DNA of 21,659 nucleotides from a bacterium (GTDB taxonomy: Bacteria > Babelota > Babeliae > Babelales > RVW-14): contig JBDRBF010000047.1 in NCBI GenBank assembly GCA_043822925.1, positions 1 to 21,659 on the forward strand, read 5' to 3'. The notes under the pieces are model-generated. The model was not told the origin of the DNA. It was given only the letters and a program-made list of their open reading frames with translations, and did no database searches. Position numbers and translations under genes: made by a program. Each line of letters opens with the position of its first letter. Position 1 is the first letter of the stretch. Of the stretch, positions 1 to 9,424 are shown in pieces.

Positions 1-1
1 T

Positions 2-883
2 TTTAAAAAAAATATTATTGGTTTATACGGCCAGCAAGGGCAAGAATGGATCGATAATTTGCCTAAATTAGTCGAACATATCGCAGCACAATGGGATTTA
101 GCCCAACTTGAGCCCATGGATAACTTGTCGTTTAATTATGTTCTTATGGGCATACAAAAAAATGTACCCATAATTTTAAAACTTTGTTTTGATAAACACG
201 AATCGCAGCAAGAAGCCGGTGCTCTGGCTAATTTTGCTGGACACAGCTGTATAAAACTACTAGATCATGACACCAAAAACAATGCGTTACTACTGGAAAG
301 AGCAGTCCCGGGCCAAACGTTAAAAACGCTTTTTCCAGAACAAGATAAACAAGCAACTAAAATTGCGTGCGAAATCATACGCGATTTACACAGCATACAA
401 AAGCAACCAGAACCAAATAAGTTTCAGAAACTTTCAGATTGGCTCAAAATTTTCGATAAAGAGTTTGATATCCCAGAAAAGTATCTAAACAAAGCTAAGA
501 ATTTAAGCACACAATTACTCGCGACAACAACAAAAACAGTTTTTCTGCACGGCGACCTACATCATGACAATATTTTATCTTATGGCCCAAATACATGGGT
601 AGCAATCGACCCCAAAGGGATTATTGGAGATCCTGTTTATGATGTCGGGCCATTTATACGCAACCCCTGGCCACAAATTCTTGAACATCATGACGTAAAA
701 AAAATAATACACGAACGCGTAAACTTTTTTGCCGATTATTTTGGTTTTGATAAGCAACGTATTATTGACTGGGTATACGTTCAAGCTATCCTATCTGCAT
801 GCTGGGCAATAGAAGATAATGGGAACTTTAAGACATGGCTTGAACTTGCTGATATAATTGAGCAAACTAAACAACAAAAATAA
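2..883 (+). CDS. Aminoglycoside/hydroxyurea resistance kinase-like protein (APH(6) family), 5'-truncated by the window edge
   Basis: Frame is open from base 2 (FKKNIIGLYGQQGQEWIDNLP...). Kinase motifs IILKL, LLLERAVPG, FLHGDLHHDNIL and WVAIDPKG are typical of the APH(6)/StrB-like family. Confidence 0.85.
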   Translation, partial: FKKNIIGLYGQQGQEWIDNLPKLVEHIAAQWDLAQLEPMDNLSFNYVLMGIQKNVPIILKLCFDKHESQQEAGALANFAGHSCIKLLDHDTKNNALLLERAVPGQTLKTLFPEQDKQATKIACEIIRDLHSIQKQPEPNKFQKLSDWLKIFDKEFDIPEKYLNKAKNLSTQLLATTTKTVFLHGDLHHDNILSYGPNTWVAIDPKGIIGDPVYDVGPFIRNPWPQILEHHDVKKIIHERVNFFADYFGFDKQRIIDWVYVQAILSACWAIEDNGNFKTWLELADIIEQTKQQK

Positions 884-913
884 GCACAGCCAAATTAAAC
901 GGGACACAAATTT

Positions 914-1414
914 ATGACGCATGTTTATACAGAGATTGATAGTTCTTTGGGCAGAATAGTTTTACTTTCAGAAGAAAATGTCTTAACCGGACTCTATTTT
1001 GCAGAACAAAGCAAAACACACATACCCAGAGCACATGTACCAGATGCAGTGTTCGTAGAAAACACAGAAGTTGAAATTTTCACACAGGCAAACAAACAGT
1101 TAGCCGAATATTTTGCAGGAACCAGAACAACTTTTAAGCTTCGCTATACGTTTACTTACGGCACCCATTTTCAGCAAAAAGTATGGCAAAGCATCGCAAA
1201 AATGCCTCATGGAATAACGGTAAGCTACCGTGATATTGCAACACAAATTGGGAACAGTAGAGCTTCTCGAGCAGTTGCTGCAACAACAGGCCAAAACCCC
1301 CTACTCTTAATAGTCCCATGCCACAGAATTATTGGCAGCGATAGCTCTCTTACTGGATACGCTGGTGGCCTAAAACGTAAGCAAGCTCTCTTAACTTTAG
1401 AAAAAAATTTATAG
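914..1414 (+). CDS. ogt: Methylated-DNA--protein-cysteine methyltransferase
   Basis: GTHFQQKVW, TVSYRDIA, RAVAAT and the active-site IVPCHRII...LTGYAGGLKRKQALL motif. Confidence 0.93.
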   Translation: MTHVYTEIDSSLGRIVLLSEENVLTGLYFAEQSKTHIPRAHVPDAVFVENTEVEIFTQANKQLAEYFAGTRTTFKLRYTFTYGTHFQQKVWQSIAKMPHGITVSYRDIATQIGNSRASRAVAATTGQNPLLLIVPCHRIIGSDSSLTGYAGGLKRKQALLTLEKNL

Positions 1415-1469
1415 CTTTATGAAAAAACAAAACTTTTAGAGAAAACTCTTTTAAAACGAAATGGTAATC

Positions 1470-1922
1470 ATGAAAGAGCATAGAATTTCAGCTGCAGCAA
1501 TTGTACTGCACAATGATAAAATATTACTCGTCAGATACCACAATCCAAAAGGCCAAAGTTTTCTGGTCGGGCCAGGCGGCGGAGTACAAGGTGAAGAAAG
1601 TATGCCTCAAGCAATAATCAGAGAAGTCGAAGAAGAAACAGGGATTGAAGTACGACCTACTAAAATGCTCTTCGTTGAAGAAATACTCTCTAAACGTCAT
1701 CGAATGGTAAAAACTTGGTTCTTGTGCGAATTTATTGACGGCGAACTACTAGAAACAGAAGACGCAAAAGACGAAGGCATTATTGAAGTTTGCTGGTACA
1801 AGAAAGAACAACTTACAAATGAAATCGTTTACCCCGAGATTTTAAAAGAAATAGATTGGACGAAATTTAAAGAAAAAAACTGGGAGCTTGAATATCTGGG
1901 AATCCACAAAGCTGATTTCTGA
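1470..1922 (+). CDS. NUDIX hydrolase
   Basis: Nudix box GGGVQGEESMPQAIIREVEEETG; start at 1461 or 1470. Confidence 0.9.
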   Translation: MKEHRISAAAIVLHNDKILLVRYHNPKGQSFLVGPGGGVQGEESMPQAIIREVEEETGIEVRPTKMLFVEEILSKRHRMVKTWFLCEFIDGELLETEDAKDEGIIEVCWYKKEQLTNEIVYPEILKEIDWTKFKEKNWELEYLGIHKADF

Positions 1923-1930
1923 GTTAAACA

Positions 1931-2113
1931 GTGAAACTAAAACATTTTTTTTTACAATCGCTTGTTTTTTTGCTCTCTTTTTTACAATTTGCCCCCCCCA
2001 TAAACGCAATAGAACAAGAACAGAAAACTAACTCCAAAAACGCCCTAATCCAAAAAGAAAACCCATATAAAAAATTAATTATTGGAGCACCAAACCAATT
2101 CAACCATTATTAG
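1931..2113 (+). pseudogene. Short exported ORF, probably a truncated secreted-protein gene
   Basis: GTG start 8 nt after the NUDIX stop; signal-peptide-like MKLKHFFLQSLVFLLSFLQFAPPINA; stops after 60 aa. Confidence 0.4.
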
Positions 2114-2202
2114 CTTATATCATATGTTTTGCTATTATTTTATTTAATCCAAATCTCACACATTTCCAGTGTGATGAATATGCAAAGCTTGAGTAAAACA
2201 AG

Positions 2203-2575
2203 CTAACACACGTTTACTAAAATATTAGCTCGTACAATAACTGGATGATTATTTTGCCACTGGTACCCACCCGGATAAATAACATATTTATAATAACCTA
2301 ATTTTGAAGCAACCAAAGAAAAACTAGAATCAGAACGAATAAGACAATCAAACTTAAGCATCGAAAAAAAACCTTCTAAAACATGCATGGTGTGGTCATG
2401 CGTCTCTCGACGATAATCAAAGGCAATCGCGGGATTATTCAGCTGATCTTGATATTTCTTTGCGATTCGTTCTGGATTCTTATCATCAGTAAAAATATAT
2501 ACATACAGTTGTTTTTCAGGATATAACGCACTTATTTGTTTTATACCTGATATATAAAAGCTATCGTCGATACAT
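2203..2575 (-). pseudogene. C-terminal fragment of a GT11/fucosyltransferase-like protein
   Basis: DSFY...LYVYIFTDD...FFSMLKFDCLIRSDSSFS resembles the C-terminal half of GT11-like proteins. The N-terminal half is missing and there is no credible start; the upstream part of the track ORF is antisense to the next gene. Confidence 0.55.
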
Positions 2576-3345
2576 TTAATTAGTATTTTACTGTTATTTT
2601 TGCACAACATATTACCCATAAAAATTGCTTGGCACAAAACCAAGAAAATTTTAGCACCGCAAAAACAAGCCAAAATTTCGCTCAAGCATTAACGCAAGAA
2701 TTGGCTCAAGAAATAGCTCAAGAATTAGCGACAGACGCAGCCCAACTCGGGCTCTTAAAACTTGCGCTCTCAACATTCACAACAATAATTCACGAATCTG
2801 GGCACGCTGTAACGGCGTCACTCTTATTTGATTTAGAAAGCACACCTCAAATACATATTGGCACATTTAACCCAGAACAAGACGCCACGAACGAACTTTT
2901 TTCGATAAGAAACATGCATTTTTATAAATCATTCAGTGTAGCAGAAATAGCCACGCTCTATACCCTTCTTTCAGCCATTACAGCGTACTGTGCCTATTGT
3001 GATCATAAAAGCTTGGGCGAAATTACGCTCAAAAGCTTGCTCAATGGGGCAAGCCCATTTGCATATATTCTTGAAACAAAAAATATTTCTCAGGCACAAA
3101 AACGCTTTTTACTTAATATAAGCTTTGTCGCCTGTTTCTCCCTTATTTTCAATCTTTTTTACGTATGCACGCCATACAAGCCACATGGTGACGGCGCAAT
3201 CATATGGCGAGAACATATGGGCGTTACGGGTACCGGGCTTACCGTCGCCCGCATTCTCTCAACTATTGAGGTATATGGTTGCTGGGGATGGCTGATTAGA
3301 AAATATTATAAAGCACGCAGAACGCTTTATCTTCAGAACAGATGA
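2576..3345 (+). pseudogene. M50/site-2-protease-like membrane zinc metalloprotease, 5' end damaged
   Basis: HESGH (HExxH) and NLFYVCTPYKPHGDG (NxxP...DG-like) motifs plus hydrophobic segments. A signal-like LISILLLFLHNILP lies in a different frame at about 2576-2620, and no ATG/RBS is present. Confidence 0.55.
2680..2727 (+). repeat. Degenerate 12-bp tandem repeat x4 (AQEL-like) in coding sequence
   Basis: gctcaagcatta / acgcaagaattg / gctcaagaaata / gctcaagaatta. Confidence 0.8.
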
Positions 3346-3384
3346 TAAATAACTATTAATTTTCACAAAATCTTTGTTAATTTT

Positions 3385-3412
3385 GGGCTCTGCACCAAGC
3401 AGAGCCCTTTTT
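3385..3412 (+). terminator. Intrinsic terminator
   Basis: gggctctgc-accaa-gcagagccc followed by ttttt. Confidence 0.8.
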
Positions 3413-3431
3413 ATTTTGATTTACTATTTTC

Positions 3432-4799
3432 TTACTTGGCTTTCTTTAAACCCTGAGCAAGAACATACCGACCATGAGGGTCTTTGGCAGAAGTACCAAT
3501 CTTTTTTATCAATCCAGAATCAACGAGTTTTTTTAATTTTACACGCGCATTACGTGGAGCTATACCAAAAAACTCTGCTGCTTGTTTAGTACTTATTTTT
3601 TCTTTTTTCTTTAAATACCCAATAAACTCTTTTTGCGATGCATCAATTGAAATAGAACGAATTTCACGTGCATATAACGTTACTTTAAACTCAGTAATCA
3701 AATCTTCAAATTTTGGCGATTCTAGCCCTTTTTGTTCACAAGAGTCTATAATTCTTTGCAATCCAGATCCCCACTGTTCAGACAGCTTTAATTCACGAAA
3801 GACACGCGCAATAACCCGGTTACGCACACGGGATGATCCTGCAAGCGCACGTTCGAGCGTCATCCCTAATGGAACACCACCAGGGCTAGTAATTTCTATA
3901 CGATCATCAAAAACAGCAATCATGATAGATGCCCCCTTTGCTGCATAATCTGCATGCAAAAGAGCATTAACAAGAGCCTCACGTATAGCAACTGGCGGAT
4001 ATTGCTTAATATCAGTTCTTTTGGTACGACCGATTTTTGCACTTGTCAGCGTATTTTTTTCAATAAAATGAATCGCTTGGTCAAGGGCAAGTACTGGATA
4101 TGAATCAAGTTCAATATGATCAAGAACATGTGCTTTATTAGTTCCTATAAAACGAACACAGCGAATTATAGCATCAGGAAATACTCTCAATCTATTAGAA
4201 CCAAAAAGAATAATCCCACCAAAAGAAGGGCTCGTCTTGCTCGCATGCGTTACCAGCAACCCTAAATCTTCTGCTTTACGCTCGGTTATCTTTTTATCAA
4301 CCTGCTCAAAAAGTTTTTTAATAACGTCCCAATCCAGCGCATTTGTTTTAGCCTGCCCGTAGGAAATCTCATCAAAAGATATTTTCTTGGTATACAAACG
4401 CAGTGTCTCAAGCATTTCAGCATCAGCAACTCTACTGGTAGATCCACAACGCACAAAAACACCTCGTTCCGTCCCGGCCGACTTTACATAATACGGACCC
4501 GCAACATGCGGAACATGAATAAGAATAAGCTCTTTTTTGCGATACGTTTGAATTTCTATATTTGGGACAAGAAACGGCACTATCGAATCTGAAATTACAT
4601 TTGCAAGGCGCTCTTCTTCATCAAGAGCATTGGGTACTCCGACAATCTTTTTTGTTCTGTCTTGAACCCCTATCACCAAAATCCCGCCAGCAGTGTTTGC
4701 AAATGCAACAACCGTTTTTACAATACTGGGCAAAGATTGCGTACTCTCTTTAAAATCAAGTGTTTTGTCTTCATTTCTTGTAAGAAGTTCTTCTATCAT
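3432..4799 (-). CDS. AlbA_2 (Schlafen-like) + HATPase_c_4 + C-terminal wHTH protein
   Basis: EDKTLDFKES, VAFANTAGGILVIGV, YPPVAIREALVNALLHADY, RIEITSPGG, RNRVIARVF, EQWGSGL and a terminal HTH. AAGGAG SD precedes ATG 4799 (the track start at 4862 is probably over-extended). Confidence 0.88.
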   Translation of the reverse strand: MIEELLTRNEDKTLDFKESTQSLPSIVKTVVAFANTAGGILVIGVQDRTKKIVGVPNALDEEERLANVISDSIVPFLVPNIEIQTYRKKELILIHVPHVAGPYYVKSAGTERGVFVRCGSTSRVADAEMLETLRLYTKKISFDEISYGQAKTNALDWDVIKKLFEQVDKKITERKAEDLGLLVTHASKTSPSFGGIILFGSNRLRVFPDAIIRCVRFIGTNKAHVLDHIELDSYPVLALDQAIHFIEKNTLTSAKIGRTKRTDIKQYPPVAIREALVNALLHADYAAKGASIMIAVFDDRIEITSPGGVPLGMTLERALAGSSRVRNRVIARVFRELKLSEQWGSGLQRIIDSCEQKGLESPKFEDLITEFKVTLYAREIRSISIDASQKEFIGYLKKKEKISTKQAAEFFGIAPRNARVKLKKLVDSGLIKKIGTSAKDPHGRYVLAQGLKKAK

Positions 4800-4820
4800 T
4801 GGGTCTCCTTTTTTGGTTAT

Positions 4821-4868
4821 ACTAGGACGATAACACGGATGCACTAGGATGTCAAAGAGCATCCTAGT
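4821..4868. promoter_or_regulatory. Candidate operator (inverted repeat plus extra half-site)
   Basis: actaggatg(4843-4851)-N8-catcctagt(4860-4868), plus actaggacg at 4821-4829, directly upstream of the wHTH-containing gene. Confidence 0.55.
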
Positions 4869-4905
4869 TAAAAATCAGGAGAAAACCACAATACAAATGT
4901 AACTC

Positions 4906-6084
4906 TTATTCAGGCGCCTTACCCGTTTCTTCTTCACTACTCCAAATCTGGATAAACCTTTTTTTGTTTTCTTCGCTCACATTATATTTCTTACAAACAA
5001 TATCAACCCATTCGGCCAGAACATACATTAAAATTTCTTCTTTATCAGATTCCAATAGTGACGAATACATACCCATTACATCAGTATTGATAGCACCTAA
5101 AATCCCAATATATTTATACGTCTCAACAATTTTCTTTAAAGAATTACGATCCCCATAATAGCCGGTCAGCACCTCTTGTAATTTTAACGGATCAGAATCG
5201 TTAAATAATTTTTCCAACACTGGCGCTTGTTTAAAAGTTGTTGAGACTTTCTGAGCACAAAACAAAGCCAATGAACAAAGCTCTTCGTATTTTAAGATAT
5301 TATCTTGCAGCATAAAAATCCACGCATCATCAGTATCAATAATCACAAAATTGCCCATTTTATCAATTTCCATATTACCATCAGCCGTATCTAAAAAATC
5401 AACCTCTAACATAATTTTAATAAAATCAAAAACCTGAGCTTTACCTGCGTCATAGGCCAAACCACGTTTATCCAGATCAATCTTCTCTGATACAACAATA
5501 TAATTTTCGTCGCTTAATACAGTCGAAGCACCAGGCAAATGATACAGATATTTTTGAGGCGCTTTAATTTTACGCATGCCCTTTGCTTGAATAAATTCAT
5601 TAATTTTTGCCGCTTTCAAAACTCTGCTAACATTTTCTTTTGCTCTGCATGATAAAAACCATGATCTTGGATCTGTCTCATCTTTCCATGAGCTAAAATC
5701 TAATCGATATTGAGTTGCGATTTTAAGAACAAACTTGTTATCAAGCTCTGGAAATTCTAGAACCAACACCCGACACCCATCTCCCACTTTTTTAAATAAT
5801 GATGCATTTTCGTCAAATGCTTTGTAGATCGAATGAACATCGCCAATAATATTATGTTTATTAAAAAAAGAATCTAACGTTTTCTGTAATGGTAAAGGCA
5901 CCTGAAAACGTTTAATAATCTCTTGCTCATATGTATTGTTTTTATCTTTGCAACTCTTTTCTTTTTCAGATATTTCAGACTCGTTGGATTTCATGGCCCA
6001 GAGACAACAAATATTGGATACCGTACTCGTTAAAATAAGAAATAAGAAAATAAAACGATAAGAGAAAAAGTTACGATTCATCAT
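4906..6084 (-). CDS. Exported hypothetical protein with atypical kinase-like motifs
   Basis: Signal/anchor FIFLFLILTSTV; FVLKIA, YIVVSEKID, DTADGN (DxxxxN) and VIIDTD motifs; GAGGG before ATG 6084. Confidence 0.6.
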   Translation of the reverse strand: MMNRNFFSYRFIFLFLILTSTVSNICCLWAMKSNESEISEKEKSCKDKNNTYEQEIIKRFQVPLPLQKTLDSFFNKHNIIGDVHSIYKAFDENASLFKKVGDGCRVLVLEFPELDNKFVLKIATQYRLDFSSWKDETDPRSWFLSCRAKENVSRVLKAAKINEFIQAKGMRKIKAPQKYLYHLPGASTVLSDENYIVVSEKIDLDKRGLAYDAGKAQVFDFIKIMLEVDFLDTADGNMEIDKMGNFVIIDTDDAWIFMLQDNILKYEELCSLALFCAQKVSTTFKQAPVLEKLFNDSDPLKLQEVLTGYYGDRNSLKKIVETYKYIGILGAINTDVMGMYSSLLESDKEEILMYVLAEWVDIVCKKYNVSEENKKRFIQIWSSEEETGKAPE

Positions 6085-6235
6085 ACCCTCACATTTTGTA
6101 CAAATATCTCTACAGATCAACCATTTAATTTTACCCCAAAAAAACGCCTAAAACAAAAGCCTAGCAAGTTTTTGCCCTAAAAGTCATAAAAAGTATGTAT
6201 ATCATGACAATTTGTCACAATTTACGGTCTAAGCT

Positions 6236-6264
6236 TTGTCCTCCCCCCCAAATCCTGATATGCT
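6236..6264 (+). promoter_or_regulatory. sigma70-type promoter for the MFS gene
   Basis: TTGTCC-17 bp-TATGCT with extended -10 TG at 6256-6257; palindrome tgacaa-t-ttgtca at 6205-6217 upstream. Confidence 0.55.
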
Positions 6265-6288
6265 TACACCATGATTTTTAAAAAATGA

Positions 6289-6348
6289 TGGATCCCAGAT
6301 CCCCACTACGCCCAGGTGGCTACGAAGGGCAGGCTAGTCTAGGATGAC
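6289..6348 (+). repeat. 27-bp palindromic repeat copy with a 33-bp insertion
   Basis: tggatcccagat [ccccactacgcccaggtggctacgaagggcagg] ctagtctaggatgac. Confidence 0.85.
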
Positions 6349-6368
6349 GAAAAAAGGGGAATAGTTCT

Positions 6369-7757
6369 ATGATCACCAACAAATACAAAATTCTTTTCAT
6401 GTTCGCATTATCAGGTTTTTTAGTCCCATTTATTGGTGGTGCAATAAATCTGGCACTCCCCATTATCGGCCAAGAATTTGGCATGAACATTGTCTCTCTC
6501 GGCTGGGTTGCAACCGTATTTTTTCTTTCGACAGCCGTATTTTTAGTCCCCCTAGGCCGGCTTGCTGATATTTTAGGCAGAAGAAAAATATTTATCACAG
6601 GAATAACAATCTTCACACTCACATCGATATTATGCAGCTGCGCTCTATCTGGGGCTATGCTTATTTTTGCTCGCGGCGTGCAAGGCCTTGGAGGCGCCAT
6701 GATATTCGGGACCTCTATGGCAATTCTTGTATCAATGTTTCCACCAAAAGAACGAGGAAGAGCTATCGGCATGCAAGTATCAGGAGTTTATATCGGCAGT
6801 TCTCTTGGCCCAGTTCTTGGTGGACTAATAACACAATACTTAGGCTGGCGATACATTTTTGTCCTAGTCACCATACTCGGAACAATTATTATCGGCATGA
6901 GCATCAAATATCTAAAAGATGAATGGGCTCATGCAAACGGCGAAAGCTTTGATCTAAAAGGCTCAATCGCATACGCACTTGGTGTCATTTCAATACTATA
7001 TGGATCAACAATGCTCCCTGCGCTCTCTGGTTTTTTTGTTATGGGAACCGGCATACTGTTATTTATAATTTTTTGCATTATGCAAGAACATACCCATCAC
7101 CCTGTATTTGATATTAAATTACTCTCTAAAAACAGACAATTTGCCATGGCAAATTTAGCAGCATTGCTTAACTTTAGCGCTGCATTTGCTGTACCATTTA
7201 TCATGAGCCTTTATTTGCAATATATACGCGGCCTGCAACCAAACCAGGCCGGATTAATTATGCTCGTTTCAGCAGTCACCATGGCCATAGGGGCCCCAAT
7301 CGCAGGAAGACTCTCAGATCACAAAGACCCACGCATAATAGCATCGATTGGCATGGCTCTGTGCGCAGCTGCTCTTTTTACTCTCAATATTATTCTAAAC
7401 ATGACAACGCCATTTACGCTTATTGTTTTACTTATGTTTATGTTTGGCTCAGGCATGAGTTTATTCGGCACACCAAACACGCATGCTGCCATGGAAGCTG
7501 TCACGCCACGCCATCTGGGCATAGCATCGTCACTTATTAGCACGATGAGAGTATTTGGACAAACACTTAGTATGGGCATATCGATGCTCGTTCTTACACT
7601 TGTTGTCGGCAAAGTAAAAATCTCATACGCAACACTTGTCCCACTCATGAAAAGTGCAAAAATAATATTCTTTGTTTTTGGGCTTTTGTGTATTGCAGGA
7701 ATATTTGCATCACTTGCTCGCGGCAAACGCAATTTAAAACCAGAAGAAAAAATATGA
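6369..7757 (+). CDS. MFS transporter, DHA2 (EmrB/QacA-like) drug:H+ antiporter
   Basis: GRLADILGRRK motif A, ARGVQGLGGA, LGPVLGGLIT..LGWRYIF, about 14 hydrophobic segments; AGGGG SD. Confidence 0.92.
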   Translation: MITNKYKILFMFALSGFLVPFIGGAINLALPIIGQEFGMNIVSLGWVATVFFLSTAVFLVPLGRLADILGRRKIFITGITIFTLTSILCSCALSGAMLIFARGVQGLGGAMIFGTSMAILVSMFPPKERGRAIGMQVSGVYIGSSLGPVLGGLITQYLGWRYIFVLVTILGTIIIGMSIKYLKDEWAHANGESFDLKGSIAYALGVISILYGSTMLPALSGFFVMGTGILLFIIFCIMQEHTHHPVFDIKLLSKNRQFAMANLAALLNFSAAFAVPFIMSLYLQYIRGLQPNQAGLIMLVSAVTMAIGAPIAGRLSDHKDPRIIASIGMALCAAALFTLNIILNMTTPFTLIVLLMFMFGSGMSLFGTPNTHAAMEAVTPRHLGIASSLISTMRVFGQTLSMGISMLVLTLVVGKVKISYATLVPLMKSAKIIFFVFGLLCIAGIFASLARGKRNLKPEEKI

Positions 7758-7793
7758 AGCCGAAAATTATACAAACGCACGTCTTAAAGCTCC

Positions 7794-8531
7794 TTAAACA
7801 AGCGCAATAACACGCGCAAGCGCAGAATCAGTCTCAAGCTTAAGCGGCAACGCTACGACCGTGAAATCTTTTATCCCAACTAATTTCTCAATATTTGTCA
7901 GATTTTCGATAATCAATATATTATTTTCCAGCATTAATTTATGTACCTGAAATGGGTAATTATCAGGTGAAAACATATCAATGCCAAGCATCTTAATTTT
8001 ACGTTTAACAAGCGCCTGGGCCAAATCTGGCAAGATTTCTGGGTAATCAGTAAAATACTCTTGTGTCCCAAATTTTTTACTATAACCGGTCAAAATAAGC
8101 ACGATTAAGTTTTCTTGCTCAGAAACTTGATCCAGTAACGATGCATCGAGCATCTTGCCCCGCGCATCAATCAAGCACCCTTTGCCCACAAATTTTTCGA
8201 CTGGCATCTCAGACATAAGCACTTTTGAATCGCTCAAGTGCCCTGGCCCATCAATATGCGTGCCAACATGCATACCAGACGTTAAACGTGAATCGTTATA
8301 ATAATTAGCATCTAACGTGCGTATTTTCTCGATTTTTACCGAATCATCATAACTATGCACGGGCATATCTTTTGAGAAAACATGCGTTAAATCGATAACA
8401 TTTCTGTACGGCATACCTGCTCCAATTTTTTCTTTTTTATTGTCCAAAAGAGAACAACCTGAAAGCAAAAGCACAGCACAAACAAGCAACCTCTGTACGC
8501 AGTTAATTCTTGCACATTTCTCTCGCTTCAC
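7794..8531 (-). CDS. Cyclase-family (kynurenine formamidase-like) metal hydrolase with a lipoprotein-like signal
   Basis: VIDLTH, HVGTHIDGPGH, GIDMFSPD, IIENLTN, ALPLKL...RVIA; lipobox LLLSGC; candidate starts GTG 8531 and ATG 8414. Confidence 0.85.
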   Translation of the reverse strand: MKREKCARINCVQRLLVCAVLLLSGCSLLDNKKEKIGAGMPYRNVIDLTHVFSKDMPVHSYDDSVKIEKIRTLDANYYNDSRLTSGMHVGTHIDGPGHLSDSKVLMSEMPVEKFVGKGCLIDARGKMLDASLLDQVSEQENLIVLILTGYSKKFGTQEYFTDYPEILPDLAQALVKRKIKMLGIDMFSPDNYPFQVHKLMLENNILIIENLTNIEKLVGIKDFTVVALPLKLETDSALARVIALV

Positions 8532-8549
8532 ACGTACACTTTCTAATTG

Positions 8550-8744
8550 TCCCACAAGCTGTGGGATTTTTTCATATATCTCAAAATCAGCTCTCACAGC
8601 AGCTTTAGCATCAGACACATTGCTTCTTACTCTTTCTTTTTTGGCTGTTTTTTCTTCTTAACCATCGTAAATTTTCTCCCCACATCACGAACACTTATCA
8701 CCCAATTTTTGTAAAAATCCCACAAGCTGTGGGATTTTTACAAA
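8550..8744. repeat. Two copies of the palindrome tcccacaagctgtggga
   Basis: 8550-8571 and 8708-8744; the second is a perfect 17-bp inverted repeat with a 3-nt spacer. Confidence 0.85.
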
Positions 8745-8861
8745 GCGAGTAAAAGCACGATTCACTAAGCATTTACACACAATTACAATCTTGGTACAAA
8801 CACAGCCTTAACAATCTCAGATTTTTCAAGTAAGCACTGTAATCCCAGCCAAAAAACTTTA

Positions 8862-9422
8862 TTATTTTGCATCAAGCGCTCCTTCTCTTTCTAGCTCCTG
8901 CCGCATTTTACCAACCCATTCAGCCAATTTTTCTTTTGATATCGGCGAACTCAAAACCGATAGCAAATATTTCAGCTGCAAATAACACGCAGCATGAGTA
9001 TTTCCCGTTACCAGATTTGGGATATAGTGCACATGCACGTGCGGCACCGATTGCCCGGCTTCAATCCCATTTTTTTGTAAAATTTGATACGCCGATGGGC
9101 CGTTTATTTTTTGAATCGCCCAATTAATTTTTTTTATTAATCGCCCAATTGCCACAAACTCTTGATCTGTAGCGTCTTCTATTTTTTCAATATGTCGCTT
9201 GACTACGACCATGCAATGTCCCGGCACAACAGGCTTGTGCGTACAGAGGCCCCGAACCAAATCGTCTTCATAAAACGTATGCGTTTGTATAACTTTTGGA
9301 TCACAAAAAGCACACGGCTTACTATAATCTGGCACACCAGGAATATGCCACCAGATAGCACCAACACTCAACACAAATACACAGGTCAGGGCGAGAAGAA
9401 TTCTTTTCGTAACTTTTTGCAT
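8862..9422 (-). CDS. HIT-family nucleotide hydrolase with an N-terminal membrane anchor
   Basis: CAFC, PVVPGHCMVV, NGIEAGQSVPHVHVHYIP; hydrophobic ILLALTCVFVLSVGAIWW. Confidence 0.9.
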   Translation of the reverse strand: MQKVTKRILLALTCVFVLSVGAIWWHIPGVPDYSKPCAFCDPKVIQTHTFYEDDLVRGLCTHKPVVPGHCMVVVKRHIEKIEDATDQEFVAIGRLIKKINWAIQKINGPSAYQILQKNGIEAGQSVPHVHVHYIPNLVTGNTHAACYLQLKYLLSVLSSPISKEKLAEWVGKMRQELEREGALDAK

Positions 9423-9424
9423 GT

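Noticed and set aside
2-883. Calling the kinase a true streptomycin-resistance gene (strB), or the region a resistance island
   Set aside because: Only family-level motifs are visible; no integron or mobile context; substrate cannot be inferred.
3484-7780. ORFs 3484..3948, 6320..6772, 7319..7780 and other short overlapping ORFs
   Set aside because: Antisense or alternate-frame overlaps of well-supported genes.
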